IMG/VR virus record: IMGVR_UViG_3300030330_002209
Coordinates: 1 to 64,000 of that record
Strand: one strand, 5' to 3'
Length of the DNA stretch: 64,000 bases
DNA from: an uncultured virus (IMG/VR IMGVR_UViG_3300030330_002209)
Lineage: Duplodnaviria > Heunggongvirae > Uroviricota > Caudoviricetes
Part shown: piece after piece, positions 49,501 to 56,161 of the stretch
Layout of the letters: each line of letters begins with the position of its first letter
How positions within the stretch are numbered: the stretch's first letter is position 1
Made by a program: the position numbers and the translations under genes
The notes under the pieces: model-generated
The model's database searches: none
The model's input: the letters and a program-made list of their open reading frames with translations, nothing else
What the model was told of the DNA's origin: nothing

Positions 49501-50022
49501 AATATTGATAATCCTATATGGGCTGCTGCTGGTAACGTTGTAGAAGCTTTAACAAATATTCCAGCTGGACGTATACAAAGAAAAATATCTAATTTAAAAG
49601 CAGCTTTAGATAATGAGACTGCTACGTGGCAAAGATTAGCTTTATTTTTAGGTTGGGACAAGTGGAGTTTAGGACTTGAAGAGCCAGAAGAAATAAAGCA
49701 AGCTGAAGAAGAAGCTAAAGAAGATAAAAAGAAAAAGAAAAAAGAAGATAAAAAGATAGAAGATAAACAAAAAGAGCAAGAGTTTTTACAAGATCAAAAA
49801 AGAGAAAAAGAAGAAGGAGAAAAGCCTAGATGTGCTGCTGTCACTAGAAGCGGAACAAGATGTAAAGGAACTCCTGTAGACGGAACCTACTGTACTATAC
49901 ATACAAAAACAGAAAAAAGGAGTGATGGTAAAGAAGTACAATGTAAAAAAATAAAATCTAACGGTGATCGCTGTAAGATGAAAACAACAAATAAATCTGG
50001 ATTATGTTATTATCACGACTAA
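40555..50022 (+). CDS. Giant multi-domain internal virion protein (3155 aa)
   Basis: HExxH (AAHEFFHE), YEHMIPA, HAD motifs (FDFDETL / LTARP / YFVDD), two C-terminal C-x9-C...C-x2-H repeats. Confidence 0.8.
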   Translation: MNEELALLIEDMKSDGRSVEEITAFIEKYEAEKEAEKQKNLLPKADVLDQPFGGKKTQDSQKQGAPVESQTAAPESTESKSEDTSSESLDDSQSYTSPIGLPEDVNVEVKTQANVIVGGQQTTTKDLQSYYDTYRQEGETNADLMERITPKEIPAAVFNPQLLEDPAVSQSYMGSDVKKFGNLPHIEIDGVIYNPNIFLGQGAYTLTDGSPASEEDIQKHKELSLLYTYQEQNSADAVRGQVIKDVGLEKAAEMSDIQVKDVLKKPSDLDYITSQGQDDLEAAENEFDYKDYQNLKIEKTTNDFSVYIAKEASKLEAQMQAEFERKVANLNTQEEADALAKQMQEDYALKFQQLQDEQWKVWSESYKPEYSLWNGKLEEINAMLDDAGFYELDRDQKRVALSNILEQQMRTMQEDGKVVPNEEDMRNEFYSYFFDNLYTDEKGQYTQFAMKDMATTIGDEAEKKLQAYYKELKEKGTLDGKDSALMRMPDGRPVPIFYTDGELERYVRQIYPELALAVEYRDDILDNPETLGESGFINFFRGLGGRKGYTYVPFGGSVIDMGNSFNALILANKEDRTQEEENALVLYQLNQMSQQKSNELSTSYKAGNMAAQSLPFMLEFIATAGYFTAAKEGMEKVIKEVSNKYIKKQIKKNIAKGTLGSSKVLFDSTKFKVSKGVQKTVAVTVGALTQTAVNPSRYLDQTFQNMTPEMVFAYSDEADGLINTITKQGDSFPKAFAKGFATTSLENLTERMGFLAPSLVGKLITKAGADDFLKRISLGRYMRKLNLNKSEAFLDVIKKRAGWNGILGEISEEMYNIPLSNLVNGQGFGFAGFTMDDFKAMALSIGATAGGFYGAGVGINAIRGRKSPTYIVDYQRFQTKQEALSRLQQLQLEGKLDANTDIEIKNDFVAFDEVSSFLEENGLSNKIIKTDGLGVSSGLIATSEVEAMEQIESKELRKQLEEISEEIGIQEQKKTEILNSKTLNDQNKKNQIAAIEQIDAYLAELVNAKETILAPVRDAITEYKKEERYKIQLANAKRAQEQLNKVAPIKTRFVETNDEEEAAQMMREEVLLASGLIEIRDGVYVDMNTGDEVVLTPQQEAEIQREVDKGRTSHGYASNFTNEATGERLLIINKQEALKQKGMNVAAHEFFHEFLRKSLRDNPAMAVVIGRALRDELLLIDPRQVRDTNFRNRLVAYQDQSAEVRAEEVLALFSDALANGTVQYKETFFTKLGDMIRRIMLHFGVPVKFKTGRDVFNFIRDYNKAIESKRGLSRGLITTALEGAKLEGALKAEVDMINDMLDDFNKNYETYLREADPKDLDENQLQALERVQQGEKVLNIDNLQQMGAVRYSREGIPADKLTKEELAKAVNDMMAPLVNLKKKRNDGTITEQEERMLERMEADIPGRAAFFYMGMAQDAFTSALNNAPTEDIRRDLIDNKDDIIALLLYDPGTEGAKGRTVVALLKDFDPAKHKYENAAAYVNQFFKKRSLEIFARRGVEDVAAKSIEQDEATKKKVEGMTGPNSDQVEAKTKGRVLGADLGLHEYDENGNRIDALRKEADRQLDILLEQESPSFADSPSFTAPFISELSGVPAKKITDKAANLNQHLGPARRFNAKHKDMLIAMRPRHYTVKMVEVSKDVFEARPDRAIGIPNKIKNLGYNKGTRKANLTPWHIKSISSSEFDNFIAPRNPDGTVNESDRNISQNNKAWLNLLDKVMSNQELRMAAIDRGLPMEWIGRMRDGNSNYLFSKEVRALGIDNEAVFYGRLSEFGSEPMTADVKSIQEALMRVYPDIMTRGTAGKIAKELSKFIKQYQNIEKSFIGLGKIPPRSFEEFLADNVNLPEFNITRLLEVKQDGKFMKNSELYDNIDFVRNQRASVVDMGNYMIQDLKMKPEEVIRYMLAYLKPMYAGASKIGRGAIGVREDGTLYYKEGFEGGTPRGMVFESVRDFIENGVNKIDGINIDLSKVTDAGGSIQNKKMIEVYGADVTALPQSAKGMMNKHNKLGKEKFFEAVDKETKEVRQLIDVMMRYFVGRVKDGSLGRNDLAMMMLSLNAGLDTPMRRAANLAYIGRDVENMDPSKMTSSTVAYEHMIPANYMAVKLLDQYMNKGGVEDLDAFYKNYNVAIISAKMDDVLKKQGLLSMMPVGYDINTPAWVRYYNFRTQGFKDIVGLTALDLRAQDVEVADAFTKANEILIDNPNELQVKKNYDKAIINARLHSKETPSRGMSTFDFDETLIDKGENFIIARKDGQEVKISSGQWPIQGPQYAADGWTFDFTDFVNVRGGIEGPLLQKMRNQIKKYGPENVYVLTARPAESATAIHGWLKTKGINIPLKNITGLGNSTGDAKAAWFLEKYAEGYNDMYFVDDALPNVEAVKHVFDQLDIKGKSVIVRPRYSLDPESKLNEMLERSKGVDRNQTFNRVQARNKGKGNRIRQLFIPPSADDFEGLMYYNYGKGEQGNADAQFFKEMFFDPYNRADRELDMYKQTLREDVMAIKKQFPKVAKKLNKDFAKTGYTNEQAMRIYIYNKYGYEVPGMSFEEVTAIAEAVAADSEMAAFADLMDKAMKMDFYVQPRLGWNASSFNGDMADAARAKREIFLQEWVENIDATFTPEMLNKLEAIHGSGYRSALEDSIARMKSGTNRPTIKNKQVNNFLDWLNGSVGAIMFFNARSAVLQTLSTVNFINFEDNNVFAAARAFGNQKQYWADFVFLFNSPMLKQRRGGIQSDLNASELARLAEKGGVRAVIGRLLQFGFTPTQIADSFAIAAGGSTYYRNRVNKYVKEGMSQTEAETRAFEDFQEIAEATQQSSRPDKISQEQASVLGRLILAFQNTPMQYNRLIKKAALDLINGRGDWRSNVSRIIYYGAAQNIIFSALQNALFAVMFDDDDQDDEFLDTKVQRIGNSTLDSLLRGSGIYGAILSTAKNTIMRFMYEREKGKRADHGRTLVEALNVSPPLGSKARKMYSAMTTDKWDKDIYDKIPLYNIDNPIWAAAGNVVEALTNIPAGRIQRKISNLKAALDNETATWQRLALFLGWDKWSLGLEEPEEIKQAEEEAKEDKKKKKKEDKKIEDKQKEQEFLQDQKREKEEGEKPRCAAVTRSGTRCKGTPVDGTYCTIHTKTEKRSDGKEVQCKKIKSNGDRCKMKTTNKSGLCYYHD

Positions 50023-51038
50023 TAGTTATATTGGTTTTAATATGTAGCACGGCTAGTGCTCAAACGTTAAAAAAAGCTTTTAAGTTTTCTACGTTCTACG
50101 TAGCGGCTAACGGTAACACATCGCTGGCTGATAGAGATATATACTCTGTGCAAGATGGCGCTGTGCTGTATGATACGGTGTTTACTCCATTTGACTATTC
50201 GTTAGTTATGGGTATACGTAAGATAAAACGTTTTCAATACGAAGGCACGTCACCATTTAAAGATGGTACTGAATCTGCTTACGGAGATGCTGCTAGTGTA
50301 GGTTTATCGCCGTTTGAATACTTGTTTGAAATAGATTATAAACGTCAAGAGGGTATAGAATATATAGATCAACAACATTTCATTAGATACGCTAAAAACA
50401 AATGGTTGGCTAAAGTAGAATATGTTAAAGACGGTTTTGCAGATATAGAGTATTTTGAAAGCACACAGAGACTAAGGTTGCGAGGTAAAAAGAAGTTGTC
50501 TTTTAATATAGGCGCAGTACAAAGGTTAGCCGAGCCTTATGGATTTGATCCGTTAGAGCAGTGGCAACTTGAAAACAATTACTTACATTATACATGTCTA
50601 GCTATTGAAGAAGGTTATTCAGTAGACGTATATGAAAACGAATATAAAGATCCTGACGGTAATATAGTAGCAACTAGCGCTGATGTTTGGAAGCAAGTTG
50701 TTATACCTGAAGTCTTAGAAAATTATGTTGAAAAGAAAAGAAACGAACTACCTAATCAATGGCAACAGTCTTTAGTTGTTGGCTTTGATTATTATCATTA
50801 TACTAAAAACTTTTGGTTACATAGCTGGGGTAATTTAATGCCTTATCACTATGATGATGGTAACAGTTATTCATATCATAATTTCGTTGGAGGACAGTGG
50901 TATGATTATTCAGGTGGTTTAATATTTGGAACTAAAATAAATAAACATTTAGGCTTGTTTGTTGAAGGCAAGTATAATAAGTACTGGAATCGTGAGTGGT
51001 ACGATTTTAAGTGCGGTATCAACTATGTAATATTCTAA
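50004..51038 (+). CDS. Putative outer-membrane beta-barrel protein
   Basis: Signal peptide ending ASA followed by Q; aromatic amphipathic strands; C-terminal ...YDFKCGINYVIF. Confidence 0.6.
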   Translation: MLLSRLIVILVLICSTASAQTLKKAFKFSTFYVAANGNTSLADRDIYSVQDGAVLYDTVFTPFDYSLVMGIRKIKRFQYEGTSPFKDGTESAYGDAASVGLSPFEYLFEIDYKRQEGIEYIDQQHFIRYAKNKWLAKVEYVKDGFADIEYFESTQRLRLRGKKKLSFNIGAVQRLAEPYGFDPLEQWQLENNYLHYTCLAIEEGYSVDVYENEYKDPDGNIVATSADVWKQVVIPEVLENYVEKKRNELPNQWQQSLVVGFDYYHYTKNFWLHSWGNLMPYHYDDGNSYSYHNFVGGQWYDYSGGLIFGTKINKHLGLFVEGKYNKYWNREWYDFKCGINYVIF

Positions 51039-51041
51039 GGT

Positions 51042-51320
51042 ATGGCAACTGAAATAGGTAAAGACACAAAAGTAAAATTAAGCTTGGAAACTATCATTTC
51101 TCTAGGAGTTGTGTTAGTAAGTATGACTGGCATGTGGTTCACGCTTCAAGCAGATATTGCTGAAGCTAAAGAACTTCCTGAACCACCAGCTCCAGAAGTT
51201 ACACGTATGGAATTTCAAATGAAAGATGAAATGATACGTAACACTATCATGACAACCCAAGAAGACGTTAAAGAAATTAAAGAGTCTATTGGAAAAATAG
51301 AAGACAAACTCTATCAATAA
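51042..51320 (+). CDS. Membrane-anchored coiled-coil protein
   Basis: One TM helix, then PEPPAP linker and coiled coil. Confidence 0.7.
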   Translation: MATEIGKDTKVKLSLETIISLGVVLVSMTGMWFTLQADIAEAKELPEPPAPEVTRMEFQMKDEMIRNTIMTTQEDVKEIKESIGKIEDKLYQ

Positions 51321-51664
51321 TGAAAGTTTGTATAGCAAAATACTTGTATGCGCTAATCATGATATTAGTGTTTACAGCAGCTACAGCTTTTAGTCAAGTA
51401 AAAGTAATACACTTTAATGCTGGCTGGAACTCAGCAAACGACGTTGAGTGGTTTAATAAACTGTCAGATGCTGGTAAGAAAAGCTTAAGTATAGACGATC
51501 AAAATATACAAAAAAAATATGCTATTGCTATTGTACCTACTATCATTGTGTTTGATGACGGCGAAGAAGTAAAACGTTTTCAAGCAGACCTTAGTTTTAA
51601 GATGGTTGCAACTCGCGAAGAAATACAAGAATATATAGACGAACTTATTATAAGTAAATTCTAA
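51320..51664 (+). CDS. Exported thioredoxin-fold protein lacking CxxC
   Basis: Signal peptide AFS followed by Q; VIHFNAGWN, YAIAIVPTIIVFDDGEEVKRFQ. Confidence 0.75.
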   Translation: MKVCIAKYLYALIMILVFTAATAFSQVKVIHFNAGWNSANDVEWFNKLSDAGKKSLSIDDQNIQKKYAIAIVPTIIVFDDGEEVKRFQADLSFKMVATREEIQEYIDELIISKF

Positions 51665-53661
51665 TGAAGAGATTATTTACATTTTTATTTTTATTTAACA
51701 TTGCTTTTGCTCAGTGTCCTCCAAACACTTGGGGTTTAAATGTTACTATAAACCCTGACCAATATCCACAAGAAACATCTTGGTATATTATGACTTTCTT
51801 TGGTGATACACTTTTAGAAGGCGGGCCATATACTAACATAATAGACTATGAACCACAGTATGCTAGTATTTGTTTACCTGTTGATAGTTTTTACTTTGTA
51901 TTAAACGACACATACGGAGATGGTGTAGCAGGTAGTTTATGGGGTGGTAACGATGGCTCTGTGTACATAGAACAATGTGGTGACACGTTGTGGGAGCTGC
52001 CAGTAGCAGACTTTGGCAATCAAATATGGGACGTAATATATACGTCTGGTTGTCCTCCGCCACCGCCAGTGTTTGGTTGTATGGACTCTAGCTATGTAGA
52101 GTTTGACATAGCAGCTACAGCAGACACAGGTATGTGTTTCACGCCAAAAATATATGGTTGTACAGACTCACTAGCGTATAATTATATAGACTCAGCTAAT
52201 ACAGATATAAATATAGATAGCTGCATGCATGAGTTAGAATTAACAGATTTAGCTGGTAACGGTTGGGCTGGATCTAGTTTAAAGTTAGCGCAAGCTACAA
52301 GTTTAATACCACCGTTTAATTATCAAGACATCGGCACGTACACATTGCTAGATGGTTTTGATACTACGTTTTTCGTAAACTTAGCAGCAGGATATCCTGT
52401 TAGAGCGGTATTTGAAATAACACAGCAGTCAGATTTTACTGCGGTGCAATGCGGTTATAGCTTATACTCTGAAGATTATGTATCTATAGATATTGAAGGA
52501 GGTTTTGTAAATCCTATACCACCATTTTTCCCTATTATAGGTGAACCATATTGTGGTAATACTTGTGTTGAAAGAGTTTATGGCTGCACAGATGTAGCAG
52601 CTTTAAACTACAACGCTTTAGCTAACACTGATGATAGTACTTGTTACTACTTAGTGGGTTGTACAAACCCTATATATTTGGAGTATAATCCTGCAGCTGA
52701 TTATGATGATGGTAGCTGCGCTACGCTAGTTGTTGTTGGTTGCATGGATTCTACTGCTTTTAATTATGATCCAGCCGCCAACGTAGAACTAGCAGGCTCT
52801 TGTATACCTACAGTACTAGGTTGTATGAACGAGTTTGCTTTTAACTATAATCCATTAGCAAACACACCTGATACTTGTATAGCTGTTGTTGAAGGTTGTA
52901 TGGATGCCACGGCAATGAACTATGATTCATTAGCAAATGTAAGCGATAACTCTTGCATTTACTATGCTTATGGCTGTACAGATCCAACGGCATTTAACTA
53001 TGATCCGCTGGCAAACACAGACGATGGTAGTTGTGTAGAAGTAGTTTACGGTTGTATGGACGCAACAATGTTTAATTTTAATCCTGACGCTAACACAGAC
53101 AATGGCAGTTGTATACCTTTTTACTATGGTTGCATGGACAGTACCGCGCTCAATTACGATGACGATGCTAACACTGATAACGGTTCTTGTGTCTATGCTA
53201 TTTATGGTTGCAATGATCCGACTGCTATTAACTACGATCCGCTTGTTAACACACCTGACTCAACATGTGAATATTCTGCTGGTTGCGCTATTGGTGACGT
53301 CTATACTTTACCTAATGATTGTTTTGCTTGGGTTATAGAAGTTGACGAATATTGTTGTGATGTAGCTTGGGACCCTGGTTGTATTAGTTTATACGAATAT
53401 TGTCAAGACGGTTGGTCAGGCCCTACAGATATAATAGAGATTAGATATGGCCTTATTACATATCCAAATCCTACAAGTGATTATATATACATAAATAGTA
53501 GATTAAAAGTTGACATTACAGTCATTAATATGCTGGGGGATATAGTTATATCTAAGAAAAAAGTTAATGTCTTAGATGTCTTTAAATTAACTCCTGGCGT
53601 ATACAATTTAATAATTGAACACGAAAATATAAAAGTTAATAAAAAAATAATAAAAAAGTAA
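51664..53661 (+). CDS. Secreted Cys-repeat protein with T9SS type A C-terminal sorting domain
   Basis: Signal peptide AFA followed by Q; DQYPQETSW domain; 11 GC[TMN][DN]..A.NY...AN.DDGSC repeats; YPNPTSDYIYI...INMLG...GVYNLII...KKIIKK. Confidence 0.85.
   Translation: MKRLFTFLFLFNIAFAQCPPNTWGLNVTINPDQYPQETSWYIMTFFGDTLLEGGPYTNIIDYEPQYASICLPVDSFYFVLNDTYGDGVAGSLWGGNDGSVYIEQCGDTLWELPVADFGNQIWDVIYTSGCPPPPPVFGCMDSSYVEFDIAATADTGMCFTPKIYGCTDSLAYNYIDSANTDINIDSCMHELELTDLAGNGWAGSSLKLAQATSLIPPFNYQDIGTYTLLDGFDTTFFVNLAAGYPVRAVFEITQQSDFTAVQCGYSLYSEDYVSIDIEGGFVNPIPPFFPIIGEPYCGNTCVERVYGCTDVAALNYNALANTDDSTCYYLVGCTNPIYLEYNPAADYDDGSCATLVVVGCMDSTAFNYDPAANVELAGSCIPTVLGCMNEFAFNYNPLANTPDTCIAVVEGCMDATAMNYDSLANVSDNSCIYYAYGCTDPTAFNYDPLANTDDGSCVEVVYGCMDATMFNFNPDANTDNGSCIPFYYGCMDSTALNYDDDANTDNGSCVYAIYGCNDPTAINYDPLVNTPDSTCEYSAGCAIGDVYTLPNDCFAWVIEVDEYCCDVAWDPGCISLYEYCQDGWSGPTDIIEIRYGLITYPNPTSDYIYINSRLKVDITVINMLGDIVISKKKVNVLDVFKLTPGVYNLIIEHENIKVNKKIIKK
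52576..53268 (+). repeat. Nine tandem ~25-27 aa Cys/Asp-rich repeats
   Basis: GCTD/GCMD...NY(D/N)P.AN.DDGSC units. Confidence 0.85.
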
Positions 53662-54011
53662 TGGCAGTACTATCAGTTCAAGATATTACGGAAGCTGGTT
53701 TAACACCTTCGTTTGCAGCTGCTACTAACGGCACTGACAACGTTATAAACACTGGTGTTGAGTTTTTAGTAGTTAAAAACGGGCATGGCTCTGCTACTAG
53801 GACAGTTACCGTTACAGCGCAGACAACAAGTGTTGTTGATGCTACGTTTGGCGTGTTAGCTAAAAGTAATATAGCTAAAACAATAGCGGCTGGTGCTGAA
53901 GCATATATAGGTCCTTTTCCTGTAGCTGCTTTTAACAACGCTAGTAGTCAAATAGTCATTACATACTCAGATTCAGCTGCCGACATAACGATCGGAGCTT
54001 TTAAATTATAA
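53661..54011 (+). CDS. Hypothetical, possibly structural, protein
   Basis: A/T-rich; LVVKNG..ATRTVTV, IGPFP..AFN. Confidence 0.75.
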   Translation: MAVLSVQDITEAGLTPSFAAATNGTDNVINTGVEFLVVKNGHGSATRTVTVTAQTTSVVDATFGVLAKSNIAKTIAAGAEAYIGPFPVAAFNNASSQIVITYSDSAADITIGAFKL

Positions 54012-54030
54012 AGATTAAAACAATAATAAA

Positions 54031-54402
54031 ATGGCAACATTAACACCAACATTAACATTAGCTAGTACAGACGCTACTTCTGACACTGCTTTTACTTTTA
54101 CAGTAACAGATGCTTTAACAGTAGACAACGCTGGTCCTTTTCAAGGCTTATCTAGAAAAACTATAACAACTGCAGATAATCAAGAGCTAGTAGACGAAGC
54201 AACTAGTGGAGTATTTTACTTCTATGCTAAAAACATTGACACAACTAACTTTGTAGTACTTCAAACTACAGCTAGTGTTCAGTATGCTAGACTAAGCCCA
54301 GGAGAATTTTGCTTTTTTCCTATAAACGATGGAGCTGGTTTAGAAGCTAGAGCTGATACTGCTAGTTGTGTTTTAGAATTTGCGTTCTTTAAAAAAGGAT
54401 AA
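54031..54402 (+). CDS. Hypothetical, possibly structural, protein
   Basis: YFYAKNIDTTNFV...LSPGEFCFFP. Confidence 0.75.
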   Translation: MATLTPTLTLASTDATSDTAFTFTVTDALTVDNAGPFQGLSRKTITTADNQELVDEATSGVFYFYAKNIDTTNFVVLQTTASVQYARLSPGEFCFFPINDGAGLEARADTASCVLEFAFFKKG

Positions 54403-54869
54403 TGCAGTTAGAAGTATTAAGATTTAGTTCTCAAGCTGACTCTACATCTGGTTTGTTATTTGAGTTAACAGACTTAGGTAGAAAGTTCATGTGTTACACG
54501 CTTGAAGACGAGCGTAGAGCTTTAAAAGTAAAAGGTGAAACACGTGTACCTGCTGGTACTTATAAAATTGAATTAAGAACTGAAGGTGGTTTTCATGGTA
54601 GATACACTAAGAAATATCCTGGTATACACCGTGGTATGCTTCATATCACTGATGTTCCTAACTTTGAGTATATTCTTATTCATACCGGAAACACCGATGA
54701 GCACACGGCAGGGTGCCTTATTGTCGGTGACGCGCAAGAAAACAATTTACTTTTACCCGATGGTTTTGTTGGTAAGAGTGTTAATGCTTATAAGAGAATA
54801 TATCCGTCTATTGCGAAAGCAATTGCAGACGGAGAAGAAGTAACAATAACATATAAAGACTACGACTAA
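54402..54869 (+). CDS. DUF5675-family protein (L,D-transpeptidase-like His/Cys motif; endolysin candidate)
   Basis: CYTLED, ETRVPAGTY, ILIHTGNTDEHTAGCLIVG. Confidence 0.75.
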   Translation: MQLEVLRFSSQADSTSGLLFELTDLGRKFMCYTLEDERRALKVKGETRVPAGTYKIELRTEGGFHGRYTKKYPGIHRGMLHITDVPNFEYILIHTGNTDEHTAGCLIVGDAQENNLLLPDGFVGKSVNAYKRIYPSIAKAIADGEEVTITYKDYD

Positions 54870-55090
54870 TGGCGTACAAGATGAAATATAAAGGGTACAT
54901 TGGCAAAGGAAAATCACCAATGAGAATTTTAGGGATGAGTAGAGAAGAGCAGCTAGATAAGCAGCATGAAGATAAAATTAAAAAAGATAAACAAGTTCTA
55001 GAAGAACAAAAATTAACAACTGATATAGCTGAACTAGATAAAAGATTTAGAGATGCTATGGTAGTTAATCCTGCTTCTAGAAATAGGTAA
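54869..55090 (+). CDS. Small protein with MAYKM leader
   Basis: MAYKMKYKG...KSPMR. Confidence 0.75.
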   Translation: MAYKMKYKGYIGKGKSPMRILGMSREEQLDKQHEDKIKKDKQVLEEQKLTTDIAELDKRFRDAMVVNPASRNR

Positions 55091-55468
55091 ATGGCTTACA
55101 TACAAAAAAATAATCCATTTCCAGTTACGCCTTGCGGTAGACGTAGAGCTGGTGGTATTGGTAAAGGCTTTAACAGTAGCTTTACTAAGAAGCCTGATGT
55201 ACGTAGAACAATAGGTCCTGGTAAAAACTTTAATAAAGCAAAATCAACTGGCACCGGTGGTGCTGCTGGTGGCGGTATGACACAGAAAGGTGTTGATGAG
55301 TATAAAAGAAAAAACCCAGGTAGCAAACTACAAACAGCTGTTACAACTAAACCATCTAAACTAAAACCAGGTAGCAAAGCTGCTAAGCGTAGAAAAGCTT
55401 TTTGCGCTAGATCTAAAAAATGGAAAAGTAAAAGAGGTTTAGCTGCTAGACGCAGGTGGAACTGTTAA
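55091..55468 (+). CDS. Basic protein, DUF6321-like C-terminal domain
   Basis: GGMTQKGVDEY...NPGSKL...RRKAFCARS...RRRWNC, preceded by SSFTK. Confidence 0.7.
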   Translation: MAYIQKNNPFPVTPCGRRRAGGIGKGFNSSFTKKPDVRRTIGPGKNFNKAKSTGTGGAAGGGMTQKGVDEYKRKNPGSKLQTAVTTKPSKLKPGSKAAKRRKAFCARSKKWKSKRGLAARRRWNC

Positions 55469-55479
55469 AATATATAGAC

Positions 55480-55899
55480 ATGGCTTTTAAAATGAAAAAC
55501 AAAGAACTTAAAAAAATTATTGGCGAACTTAAAAACGCTAGTAAACTACACGCTGGCCAAGCTGAAAAACTAGAAGATATGTCTAGCTCAAGCGGGTCTC
55601 CGTTAAAAAAAATATCTGCTGCTTGTAAAGCTGCTGCAAAACGTAAGTTTAAAGTTTGGCCATCTGCTTACGCTTCTGGTTGGGGTGTTAGATGTACTAA
55701 AGCTGGTGGGCCTGGTAAAATGGGTAAAGGTAAAAAGAAGTCATCATTAAAAGTAGGACCTAGAGGACAAGGAGGTATTTATAATCCTAGAACTCAACTA
55801 GATCTATACAAAAAAGGAATTACTGTAGCGGGAACTAAACCTACTGCAAAAGAAACTTCTACTACAACAGAAACTACAGAAGTCAAAAAAGATGCTTAG
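55480..55899 (+). CDS. Basic protein with MAFKM leader
   Basis: Start reassigned to ATG 55480; SPLKK, then ACKAAAKRKFKVWPSAYASGW, then SSLK. Confidence 0.8.
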   Translation: MAFKMKNKELKKIIGELKNASKLHAGQAEKLEDMSSSSGSPLKKISAACKAAAKRKFKVWPSAYASGWGVRCTKAGGPGKMGKGKKKSSLKVGPRGQGGIYNPRTQLDLYKKGITVAGTKPTAKETSTTTETTEVKKDA

Positions 55900-56161
55900 C
55901 CCTATACAGAAAAAGAAAACAGCTAAGTCTATTACATGGCATGATTCAGACGCGCCTGACGCAAAAGGTAAGTTTAAAAGTTTATCGCCATCAGCTCTCG
56001 CTAGTTGGTTAATTAAAACTAGAAAAGGTAACTTACAAAAAGTAATTAGTAGTTTAAATCAACAGTACGTTTTTAATAGACAAAAAAATCCTAGCTATGC
56101 TCGCAAGATGAGAGCAACCATGAACATAGTGAGGAGAAGATTAAAAAAGAAAGATGAGTAA
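55892..56161 (+). CDS. Basic hypothetical protein
   Basis: MLSPIQK...DSDAPDAKGKFK.LS...LASWLIKTRK. Confidence 0.75.
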   Translation: MLSPIQKKKTAKSITWHDSDAPDAKGKFKSLSPSALASWLIKTRKGNLQKVISSLNQQYVFNRQKNPSYARKMRATMNIVRRRLKKKDE

